DNA of 64,000 bases from a virus, in IMG/VR virus record IMGVR_UViG_3300025035_000013, positions 24,627-88,626 of that record; one strand, written 5' to 3'. A program made the position numbers and the translations under genes. Positions within the stretch are counted from its first letter, which is position 1; every line of letters starts with the position of its first letter. This document shows positions 8,862 through 16,530 of this stretch, piece by piece. Under the pieces are notes generated by a model. That model worked only from the letters and a program-made list of their open reading frames with translations. It was not told the origin of the DNA and did not search any database.

Positions 8862-9467
8862 TCAAACATCTATTACAGGATGCATCTTTGCATTGAATTC
8901 TGCTTCTGTATATCTTACACCATTCAGATACCAGAATTTATCTCCATTGATATATTCAACTGCAGGGCCGTCTTCACGATGGCATTTACCGTTCAGATAC
9001 CAGATTTTGTCCCCATTAGCACATTCAATCGCCGGGCCGTCTTCACGATGGCATTTACCGTTCAGATACCAACTTTTGTCCCCATTAGCACATTCAATCG
9101 CTGGGCCGTCTTCACGATGGCATTTACCGTTCAGATACCAACTTTTGTAACCATCAGCATATTCAATCGCTGGGCCGTCTTCACGATGGCATTTACCGTT
9201 CAGATACCAGATTTTGTCTCCATTAGCATATTCAATCGCCGGGCCGTCTTCACGGTGATATTGTCCATTCAAACCCCAGTATTTGTCCCCATTAGCATAT
9301 TCAATCGCCGGGCCGTCTTCACGATGCAATTCACCATTCAGGTACCAGTAATTGTCTCCATTAACTTTTTCAATGGCAGGGCCGTCTTCACGATGAAGTT
9401 CCCCATTCAAGTACCAGAGTTTGTCGCCATTAGCATTAACCTGAACCTCGACTTCGTTCGTAAACAT
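8862..9467 (-). CDS. HREDGPA 23-aa repeat protein, copy A (7 repeats)
   Basis: Tandem WYLNGxxHREDGPAxExANGDKx units followed by TEAEFNAKM. Confidence 0.85.
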   Translation of the reverse strand: MFTNEVEVQVNANGDKLWYLNGELHREDGPAIEKVNGDNYWYLNGELHREDGPAIEYANGDKYWGLNGQYHREDGPAIEYANGDKIWYLNGKCHREDGPAIEYADGYKSWYLNGKCHREDGPAIECANGDKSWYLNGKCHREDGPAIECANGDKIWYLNGKCHREDGPAVEYINGDKFWYLNGVRYTEAEFNAKMHPVIDV

Positions 9468-9530
9468 TTTCTTCTCCGTGTTGTTTAATTGATGTATACA
9501 TTATACCACGACTCAATTAAATGTCAAATG
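9468..9530 (-). promoter_or_regulatory. repeated early promoter-RBS cassette
   Basis: TTGACA (9527-9522), 16 nt, TG-n-TATAAT, then GGAG RBS; near-identical at 8 sites. Confidence 0.85.
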
Positions 9531-9548
9531 CCTTAATGAATCAAGCAT

Positions 9549-9639
9549 TTATCTAAACGACCGTCTAGGATGCTGCACCATTCTTGTTGTTTTTGAGTTG
9601 ATGGGTGCATATCGACTGTGTCAAGATAATGGGGCTAAG
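9549..9639. repeat. about 90-bp dispersed repeat, copy 1 (copy 2 at 10483-10572)
   Basis: Direct alignment; copies differ by substitutions and an internal micro-inversion. Confidence 0.85.
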
Positions 9640-9667
9640 CCGCCGCGGGAGAGTACGGTCAATAAGT

Positions 9668-9946
9668 TCATGGAGTAACCATCATAGCCATTCCGGTCAC
9701 TACCACACCCGCAAGAGCGCCGCCTAATAACGTACTGACCTCATCCCGTAAATCTGCCCGGCGGCTAGCAGGGTGGAGGATATCCCACACTTCTTTGAGT
9801 ATCCCGACGTTCGCCGCCGCCAACAGTCCAAGGAGTGCCGCCATCTGCATACTTGTGATGCCTCCCACAATCAGGCCGAGTGCCACCGTAATAGAAATGC
9901 AGTATCCAACAAAAAAGTGAGCCTTGTTATCCATCGATATTTTCAT
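9668..9946 (-). CDS. small GC-richer membrane protein (K-HF...G--KE-WD type)
   Basis: Three hydrophobic segments; DNKAHF and ILKEVWD motifs. Confidence 0.7.
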   Translation of the reverse strand: MKISMDNKAHFFVGYCISITVALGLIVGGITSMQMAALLGLLAAANVGILKEVWDILHPASRRADLRDEVSTLLGGALAGVVVTGMAMMVTP

Positions 9947-10010
9947 TTTATTTCTCCGTATTGTTTAATTGATGTATACATTATACCACGACTCAATTAA
10001 ATGTCAAATG
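9947..10010 (-). promoter_or_regulatory. repeated early promoter-RBS cassette
   Basis: TTGACA 10007-10002, TATAAT, GGAG; matches the 9468 copy. Confidence 0.85.
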
Positions 10011-10081
10011 CCGAAATAAATCAATCACTTAACAATCTTCACTTTAAACCCAAGCAGCGGTTCGATGTCAGCAACGGACAA

Positions 10082-10400
10082 TTACTTTTCAGTCTTCATC
10101 TTTGCATTGAATTCTGCTTCGGTGTATTCTACATCATCCAGATACCAATATTTGGTTCCGAGAACAGATTCAATAGCAGGACCGTCTTCACGATGGCGCC
10201 TACCGTTCAGATACCAGAATTTGCATCCATTGGCAAATTCAGCAGCAGGACCGCCGAGGCCGGGCCAGCAGGCCGTTCAGATACCATTCTTTATCGCCAT
10301 TTGCAGATTCAACCGCAGGGCCGTCTTCACGATGGAGGTTACCATTCAGATACCATTCTTTATCGTCATTATCGTAGAGCTTAACTTCGTTCGGAAGCAT
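10082..10400 (-). pseudogene. HREDGPA repeat gene, copy B, frameshifted
   Basis: MLPNEVKLYDND... first repeat intact; 19-nt GC-rich patch replaces 18 nt of repeat 2 and shifts frame; ends ...MKTEK*. Confidence 0.75.
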
Positions 10401-10464
10401 TTTATTTCCCCGTGTTGTTTAATTGAGGAATACATTATATCACGACACAATTAAATGTCAAACA
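10401..10464 (-). promoter_or_regulatory. repeated early promoter-RBS cassette
   Basis: TTGACA 10461-10456, TATAAT, GGGG RBS variant. Confidence 0.8.
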
Positions 10465-10482
10465 CCTTGATGAATCAATCAC

Positions 10483-10572
10483 TTATCTAAAAGACAGTCT
10501 AGGATGCTGTACCAGTCTCATTGTTTTGAGTTGATATGCACCCATCGACGGTATCAAGATAATGGGGCTAAG
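10483..10572. repeat. about 90-bp dispersed repeat, copy 2
   Basis: Aligns with 9549-9639. Confidence 0.85.
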
Positions 10573-10586
10573 ATGCCTTAGCCCCA
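10563..10586 (-). terminator. hairpin terminator after the ATPase gene
   Basis: TGGGGCTAAG-ATGC-CTTAGCCCCA perfect inverted repeat just after the stop; weak U-tract. Confidence 0.6.
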
Positions 10587-10592
10587 GTTAGG

Positions 10593-11477
10593 TCATCCAT
10601 TTACAGAAAAGTTATATAAACAAGGCCGTTCCCAGTCTTCCCCAAGTGCAACTTTCATCTTGAGAATATTCAAGGCACTTCTGATATTTAAATCTTTTGC
10701 CATTTTCACATGCTTCCTGATAAAATTCAACACATCTATCTTATCCTCGGACTCAAACCTTTCATCTTCATCGAAAATCTGAGCAATTCGTTCTATTTTC
10801 TCGTCCACATTGAGAGTCAAGTCGCATACTATAGAACGGCTCAGAATTGCCTGCGGGAACTTATGCAATTCTAGATTAGAAATGAAAATAATTTTGCCAG
10901 TGAATTCAAAACGACTAGGCACCTCATCATCTTTTGATTCTGCCCCCCAGGAGATAATCCGGCGGTCGGAAGAATCCAATGCAGCTTTTAAAATGCTTGC
11001 ACCAATCGGGTCACGAAAAGCTGTATCGAGGTCATCCAGAACGATTACCTTGCCGTTTTCATGAAAGAGAGTGGTGTACAAGTTGCGGGGAGTAGTATAA
11101 CCCTTCACAAACACGAAGTCACCATCCATAGTGCCGATTGTATCTTCAGTCAATCCCATATCTCGAAGTGCATTTAAAACGGTAAAAGACTTCCCGAGGC
11201 CGCCTGAACCTGTCACCACGAGGCTGGGGATAATACCTTTAGCTGCGAGTTTAGTGAATTGGGTCATGAAGTCGAACCGCTCAGCCACAGTAAATTCGGA
11301 TTTTTTAACTTCAAGCAAAACATCATCATCCACATCAGCTGCTGAAGTCTTGCCGAGTGTTCGAATTTTTGCTTCGAGTTTCTTCTTATCGTTAGATGTA
11401 GCAAGAGTTTTGCCATCTACGATATAAGAATATCGGCCAGTTTTTGAATAGAATTTAATCATGTTTGAGTATTTCAC
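10593..11477 (-). CDS. AAA+/P-loop ATPase
   Basis: Walker A GSGGLGKS, Walker B VIVLDD, sensor-like IIFISN and A-LSRS. Confidence 0.8.
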   Translation of the reverse strand: MKYSNMIKFYSKTGRYSYIVDGKTLATSNDKKKLEAKIRTLGKTSAADVDDDVLLEVKKSEFTVAERFDFMTQFTKLAAKGIIPSLVVTGSGGLGKSFTVLNALRDMGLTEDTIGTMDGDFVFVKGYTTPRNLYTTLFHENGKVIVLDDLDTAFRDPIGASILKAALDSSDRRIISWGAESKDDEVPSRFEFTGKIIFISNLELHKFPQAILSRSIVCDLTLNVDEKIERIAQIFDEDERFESEDKIDVLNFIRKHVKMAKDLNIRSALNILKMKVALGEDWERPCLYNFSVNG

Positions 11478-11531
11478 CGTGTTGTTTAATTGAGGAATAC
11501 ATTATATCACGACTCAATTAAATGTCAAATG
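11478..11531 (-). promoter_or_regulatory. repeated early promoter cassette
   Basis: TTGACA 11528-11523 and TATAAT; same sequence family. Confidence 0.8.
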
Positions 11532-11601
11532 CCGAAATAAATCAATTATTTAACAATCTTTACTTTAAACCGAATATCTTTTCGATGACTGCAACAGACA
11601 A

Positions 11602-12060
11602 TTACTTTGCAGTATTCATCTTTGCATTGAATTCTGCTTCGGTATGCTGTTTACCATCTAGATGCCATTCTTTGGTACCATCATTGTGCACGACGGCAGG
11701 ACCGTCTTCACGATGAAGTTGACCATTTTTATACCATTTTTTATCACCATCAGCATGTTCAACAGCAGGACCATTGTCTCTATGCAATTTGCCATTTTTA
11801 TACCATGCTTGAGTGCCATTAGCATATTTAACAGCAGGACCATTGTCTCGATGCAATTTGTCGTGAATATACCAGTATTTGTTTCCATTAGCATATTTAA
11901 CAGCAGGACCATTGTCTCGATGCAATTTGCCATTCAAATAATATTCTTCGGCGCCATTAGCATATTCAATTGCGGGCCCAGCTTTACGATGTAATTTGCC
12001 ATTCAAATAATATTCTTTGGCATCAGCATATTTTTTCACTTCGTAGTTTTTTGTTGTCAT
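11602..12060 (-). CDS. HREDGPA/HRDNGPA repeat protein, copy C (5 repeats, divergent)
   Basis: Repeat units plus TEAEFNAKMNTAK*. Confidence 0.85.
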   Translation of the reverse strand: MTTKNYEVKKYADAKEYYLNGKLHRKAGPAIEYANGAEEYYLNGKLHRDNGPAVKYANGNKYWYIHDKLHRDNGPAVKYANGTQAWYKNGKLHRDNGPAVEHADGDKKWYKNGQLHREDGPAVVHNDGTKEWHLDGKQHTEAEFNAKMNTAK

Positions 12061-12090
12061 TTTTTCCCCGCGTTATTTAATTGATGTTAT

Positions 12091-12098
12091 TATTTATA
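12091..12098 (-). promoter_or_regulatory. T4 late promoter TATAAATA
   Basis: Exact consensus about 30 nt upstream of the copy C start. Confidence 0.7.
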
Positions 12099-12138
12099 GT
12101 TATTTGATAATAGCTGAATTCAAATAATCATACATAAC

Positions 12139-12495
12139 TTAAAGTGTTATTTTCCAGTTACCTCGTTCGTCTTCTACTAAATTATAATTTCTCTTCCAGA
12201 CCGGCGATAAAGGAGTAAGATAGAGTTCTGGTTTAAACCCAAATTCTATCAACGTCTGGTTAATATGAGGGCGCAATTCTTTGAATCTTCCTTTTCCTCT
12301 CCATTTGCTTTTTGATAATTTCAGTGAATCTCCTGAAAATGCGCCTATCCCATTGAGTTTTACATGTCCTCCACAGACTGTAATATCGATTGGCATATCT
12401 CCAATCCATGCTGTTCCAGTCAATATTGCTTCACATTTAAACTCTATTTTATGGCCAGAAAGTTCAGCAATGCGTCTGAGGATAAGATTCTCCAT
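12139..12495 (-). CDS. hypothetical protein, possible GNAT-like fold
   Basis: WRGKGRFKEL resembles the acetyl-CoA binding R-G-x-G motif; weak. Confidence 0.5.
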   Translation of the reverse strand: MENLILRRIAELSGHKIEFKCEAILTGTAWIGDMPIDITVCGGHVKLNGIGAFSGDSLKLSKSKWRGKGRFKELRPHINQTLIEFGFKPELYLTPLSPVWKRNYNLVEDERGNWKITL

Positions 12496-12948
12496 TTAAG
12501 ATAGCAGAAGTTTGAATTGAGTAGCTGCTTGTTTGCCATCAAACTGTTCACCGTATTTATCTTTGAGTTTCTTCGTGATAACACCCAGTGATTTTTGCTC
12601 CAATTTAAGCCCACATACCCCAATAATAAATTTGACGGCGTCCAGCACTTGACCGGCCGAAATTTTAGTCGGAAGGAATGTTCTAACAATTTCAAGTTCA
12701 TTCAGCGTATGTAAAAACCTTGGGGCAGTAGATGACATGCCATTATCATTCATGTATCCAATTGTGTCAATCATACCCTTTTCAAACCGCTTTAATGTTT
12801 TTAATGTATCATCTGTGACTTCTCTGCGCTCATTTTTGCCAATTATTTCAGTCTCCCCGATAATTGTAGTCAATAAGGAAGATGTTGTAGAATCTTTCGC
12901 TTTTCTAGCAGTAAGTTGAGAATTCTTGCTGTCTTGTAATTTAGTCAT
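12496..12948 (-). CDS. GatB/YqeY domain protein
   Basis: A-KAKD----LL--I-GE...EL-I---FLP--- S pattern of YqeY. Confidence 0.75.
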   Translation of the reverse strand: MTKLQDSKNSQLTARKAKDSTTSSLLTTIIGETEIIGKNERREVTDDTLKTLKRFEKGMIDTIGYMNDNGMSSTAPRFLHTLNELEIVRTFLPTKISAGQVLDAVKFIIGVCGLKLEQKSLGVITKKLKDKYGEQFDGKQAATQFKLLLS

Positions 12949-12987
12949 TTATTGATTGGCATCATAGTAAAATTCTATTCAAAATAC

Positions 12988-13233
12988 TCATGCAGTGAAA
13001 GCATCAGCCATTTTTTTTGTTTTCAATTGTTTCTCGGTCAGAGTAACTTTAACACTGGTGCCATCAGGATTGATGACCTGTGAAATGTCCCATGCATAAA
13101 CCGAGCCAATCTCCGTACAGAATCCTTCTACATTAACCATTCGAATGTTGCCCTTCATGTTATCCATCATAGTACCATACCATCCATTCGCGAGTATAAC
13201 CCTCATACCCTTCTTAATATCGTTCGTAAACAT
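12988..13233 (-). CDS. small hypothetical protein (SH3-like beta pattern)
   Basis: Intact ORF with its own promoter cassette. Confidence 0.7.
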   Translation of the reverse strand: MFTNDIKKGMRVILANGWYGTMMDNMKGNIRMVNVEGFCTEIGSVYAWDISQVINPDGTSVKVTLTEKQLKTKKMADAFTA

Positions 13234-13296
13234 TTTCTTCTCCGTATTGTTTAATTGATGTATACATTATATCACGACTCAATTAAATGTCAAACA
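13234..13296 (-). promoter_or_regulatory. repeated early promoter-RBS cassette
   Basis: TTGACA 13293-13288, TATAAT, GGAG. Confidence 0.85.
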
Positions 13297-13306
13297 CCTA
13301 AATGAA

Positions 13307-13789
13307 TCAAATACTTAGCATATTCATATTGAGTTCAAACTCCGAGCCGAATTTACGAGCAACGACTTTTTTCAGACCTTCTACTGTGTTTGAGCGGCAA
13401 GCAACGACATTATCTTTATAAAACATATACTTCTGATATTTTTCTGAAAACACAACGATATTGTCTTTTCTCATATCTTTAAAGTCAGCTTTTGCCATCT
13501 TTTCGATATGAGTCAACACAGTATCATATTTGGTTTTACACCACGGATATTTTCCCACATGTTCATATACTTTATCTGCTGCCAGAGCAACAATATCATT
13601 CGTATCGATAGATTCATCGATGCTCAATTGAAGACAGTACTTATACAAATATTCGAGTTGATATGCAGCCGCAGAAGCGGGCACTTCAACATTAAATTCT
13701 TTTTTGAGCAACTCACCATACGGAGTAGCTGGGGTAAATGTATATAACTTGCGAATCAATTCAGATTGTGTCATTGCAATTTTCACCAT
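13307..13789 (-). CDS. hypothetical protein
   Basis: Intact ORF downstream of a cassette-type promoter at 13836-13831. Confidence 0.7.
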   Translation of the reverse strand: MVKIAMTQSELIRKLYTFTPATPYGELLKKEFNVEVPASAAAYQLEYLYKYCLQLSIDESIDTNDIVALAADKVYEHVGKYPWCKTKYDTVLTHIEKMAKADFKDMRKDNIVVFSEKYQKYMFYKDNVVACRSNTVEGLKKVVARKFGSEFELNMNMLSI

Positions 13790-13830
13790 GTTGTTTAACT
13801 GATATATATCATATCACTCATCAATTAAAA

Positions 13831-13920
13831 TGTCAAATACCTAGATAAATCAAATACTTATACTTATTATAGACATTAAAAACCCCACCGAAGTGGGGTT
13901 TTACTGTATCATACCTAAAA
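13831..13920. repeat. 90-bp direct repeat (promoter -35, terminator, last HNH codons), copy 1
   Basis: Identical to 14181-14270. Confidence 0.9.
13879..13902 (-). terminator. rho-independent terminator
   Basis: AAAACCCCAC-TTCG-GTGGGG-TTTTT on the minus strand; repeated at 14229-14252. Confidence 0.85.
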
Positions 13921-13924
13921 TTTG

Positions 13925-14125
13925 TTAACCCACCTTAGTATTTTTGAACAACATTGAACAAAGAAATAGGATACCAAGAGCATTCCAAAATCCAATTTCA
14001 TGTACACCGTCAATCGTACCAACAAATGCCGCATTCCACACCCACATCACAGGCAGAGCAAGAACCACAGAGATAATCGCAACCATTGCAATGATTTTCA
14101 AAAGACCTTCGATAATTTTTTTCAT
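13925..14125 (-). CDS. small two-TM membrane protein, copy 1
   Basis: Hydrophobic; near-identical to 14951-15154. Confidence 0.8.
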   Translation of the reverse strand: MKKIIEGLLKIIAMVAIISVVLALPVMWVWNAAFVGTIDGVHEIGFWNALGILFLCSMLFKNTKVG

Positions 14126-14189
14126 TTTATTTCTCCGTGTTATTTAATTGAGGAATACATTATACCACGACTAAATTAAATGTCAAATA
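14126..14189 (-). promoter_or_regulatory. repeated early promoter-RBS cassette
   Basis: TTGACA 14186-14181, TATAAT, GGAG. Confidence 0.85.
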
Positions 14190-14270
14190 CCTAGATAAAT
14201 CAAATACTTATACTTATTATAGACATTAAAAACCCCACCGAAGTGGGGTTTTACTGTATCATACCTAAAA
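14181..14270. repeat. 90-bp direct repeat, copy 2
   Basis: Identical to 13831-13920. Confidence 0.9.
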
Positions 14271-14832
14271 AATGAGGAGCCGCTAAAATTCTTGAATGTT
14301 TCGGCAAGAACCCTCGCAGATAATCCATTTGGTCAGCTAATACTCGTCTGTTTTGCATCAACAATCTTTCAGCATGATTTGGTGTGTACGGAATGTAAAT
14401 CAATTCCATGTCAATCTCGTGTAGTAAATAATCTGCTTTTTCATGATTACATGCTTTACATGCTGAAACTACATTTGTCCACACATTTTTACCTCCCTTT
14501 GAGGTCGGATGAATATGGTCGCACGATAATTTGTGTGAAGGATAATGTCTACCACAATATGCACAAATGTTTAAATCTCTGCTGAATAAATTAGTATTAG
14601 TAAGAGGTGGAATTCTTGTTTCGTATTTGATGGAATCTTTCAAGAATAATATCGGAGCTATATCCACCGCAGACCGTTCTCCAGTAATACGAGAAATGCC
14701 TCCTCTATATCTATTTGAATCCCCAAATTCATAACTCAAGGAGTCTTTAACTTTTAACAGAATAGAAGCTTCCATAGAAGCCCAATATTGTGGTTGACCT
14801 CCTTTGTCACAGACCAGATACTGATGTTTCAT
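14251..14832 (-). CDS. HNH endonuclease (McrA/HNH_5-like)
   Basis: CAYCG...DHIHP-SKGG-N-W-NVV-AC--CN--K. Confidence 0.9.
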   Translation of the reverse strand: MKHQYLVCDKGGQPQYWASMEASILLKVKDSLSYEFGDSNRYRGGISRITGERSAVDIAPILFLKDSIKYETRIPPLTNTNLFSRDLNICAYCGRHYPSHKLSCDHIHPTSKGGKNVWTNVVSACKACNHEKADYLLHEIDMELIYIPYTPNHAERLLMQNRRVLADQMDYLRGFLPKHSRILAAPHFLGMIQ

Positions 14833-14950
14833 TTTTTGCTCCTTTAATCATTTCGTAAATTCTTACAGGAATGACAATAGGCAATAAGCAAACTCTGATG
14901 AATTGGGCAAATCCCCAATAAAATTTCTGATTTGTCGACATTGTTATTCC

Positions 14951-15154
14951 TTATTTGTTAGACGTATTATTTTTGAACAACATTGAACAAAGAAATAGGA
15001 TACCAAGAGCATTCCAAAATCCAATTTCATGTACACCGTCAATCGTACCAACAAATGCCGCATTCCACACCCACATCACAGGCAGAGCAAGAACCACAGA
15101 GATAATCGCAACCATTGCAATGCCCCCCAAAAACATCCCGATATTTTTTTGCAT
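14951..15154 (-). CDS. small two-TM membrane protein, copy 2
   Basis: Core IAMVAII...SMLFKN identical to copy 1. Confidence 0.8.
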   Translation of the reverse strand: MQKNIGMFLGGIAMVAIISVVLALPVMWVWNAAFVGTIDGVHEIGFWNALGILFLCSMLFKNNTSNK

Positions 15155-15238
15155 TTCATTCCTTTCCTTTAATAATCAATGATGATTGCCATTTTAACAA
15201 CGGTAGAATAATTGTCAAATTTTTGCTAAAAAGAATAA

Positions 15239-15508
15239 TTAAACTCGAGTATTCCATTTTTCTATGCATTCGTCACGCGAGTCGCCATAAATTTCCGCGC
15301 CGCACCCGCCTGCCACTACAGGGCAGTTGTAAGTCCAGCACTTATTATCCTCACTTTTTCTATCCTCAAATGAAATGTAATGTTTAATGCCATCCTCTAT
15401 CCTCCAATAAAGCCCGTTAGGGTATAATGTTTCATTATCTAAAACATCTGAAGGTCTTCCGCAAAATGGACACGATTTTTGCTTTTTTGTAGACATGAAT
15501 TCTTCCAT
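15239..15508 (-). CDS. Lar-family restriction alleviation-like zinc protein
   Basis: CPFCG...C---GGCG...WN-R pattern. Confidence 0.65.
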   Translation of the reverse strand: MEEFMSTKKQKSCPFCGRPSDVLDNETLYPNGLYWRIEDGIKHYISFEDRKSEDNKCWTYNCPVVAGGCGAEIYGDSRDECIEKWNTRV

Positions 15509-15524
15509 TTAATGTAACAATTAA

Positions 15525-15878
15525 GTGTGCTTTTTCTGTTCCCAAGAAAAGCACCAAACTCGGCACTACACGACAATCAAGCCGCTAGTGCATATAAGCT
15601 ATCATTAGCTGCGTTTACTTTATTTACGCTATTTTAGTCAGTCGTCTGACTATCCCAAGAAAGTCTATTTCCTCAAAATCGAATCTATATCAGGCCCATT
15701 ACTAATGATATTAATTTGGTAGTTCAGTTTGATGCACCCATCATATTGGATAGTCCCTTCGTCAAGTTCTATCTATCCGTTTACTGTTTAACACCATTAG
15801 TGGTGGACCTGGGGAGGTACTGCCCCTCCCGTCTTCCAAGCCTTTAATACTCTCCTGCTTTACAATCTTTCGATTGTG
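15525..15878 (-). ncRNA. ssrA: circularly permuted (two-piece) tmRNA
   Basis: Acceptor piece ending CAGGTCC-A-CCA at 15801 precedes the coding piece starting GGGCCTG at 15697; G3:U70 pair; tag AANDSLYALAA* at 15612-15577. Confidence 0.9.
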
Positions 15879-15883
15879 AATTT

Positions 15884-15953
15884 TGGAATCCCCAATAGGC
15901 ATCGAACCTATCCTATTTCTTTAGGAAAGAAATGTCTGTCCATCAGTGAGGAT
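15884..15953 (-). tRNA. tRNA-Arg(CCT) with miniature D-arm
   Basis: Acceptor ATCCTCA/TGGGGAT, loop TTCCTAA, T-loop TTCGATG, CCA; D region only CTGATGGACAG. Confidence 0.65.
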
Positions 15954-16252
15954 GTCTGATTCTTGATTTAATCAACATTAATTTTTCCATATCAATTTTA
16001 CTTTTACAAACATCAGATAATTATGCACGTATTGAACTCTATCCCATAACAAGATTCGTTCGAGTCGGACATAGATTTAATTGTGTATTCAAAGTCAGAT
16101 GTTTCTAGAATTTTGAATCGGGTAGATTATTTAATTGCATCATCAATGTAAAATTCATCAATTCTTCGAATTTTTCTTTTGCTGCTAATGTTGATTCCAT
16201 CACAAAAAGAACATGCGTTTTCATATGTCTTTCCTTATCATAAGTACTGAAT

Positions 16253-16328
16253 TGGTGCCCGGTGTCAGACTCGAACTGACATGCTGTCACTTGTAGGGAG
16301 ACCGATTGAACCTTTCATCTACCCGGGC
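16253..16328 (-). tRNA. tRNA-Val(TAC)
   Basis: Cloverleaf, loop CCTACAA, TTCGAGT, CCA. Confidence 0.85.
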
Positions 16329-16333
16329 ATTAT

Positions 16334-16407
16334 TGGCAACCCTATACGGTAATGCTCCGCATTCGCCGGGTTTGGAGACCGGTACATCACTTTAATGCTT
16401 TAGGGTC
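16334..16407 (-). tRNA. tRNA-Trp(CCA)
   Basis: Cloverleaf, loop CTCCAAA, atypical T-loop AGCATTA, CCA. Confidence 0.8.
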
Positions 16408-16437
16408 ATAAATCAGATTATCATTTTACGAATCTGT

Positions 16438-16530
16438 TGGCGGAAGAGGGCGGAGTCGAACCCCCAAGGGTAAGGTCATTACCTCAACTGTTTTCAAGAC
16501 AGGTACCGTCGCCAGTCGGTTTGCTCTTCC
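16438..16530 (-). tRNA. tRNA-Ser(TGA)
   Basis: GGAAGAG acceptor, loop CTTGAAA, long variable arm, CCA. Confidence 0.9.

Noticed and set aside
8806-9488. Plus-strand ORFs over the repeat genes (also at 10001-10454, 39725-41889, 43258)
   Set aside because: Antisense shadows of stop-poor repeats; no RBS or promoter support
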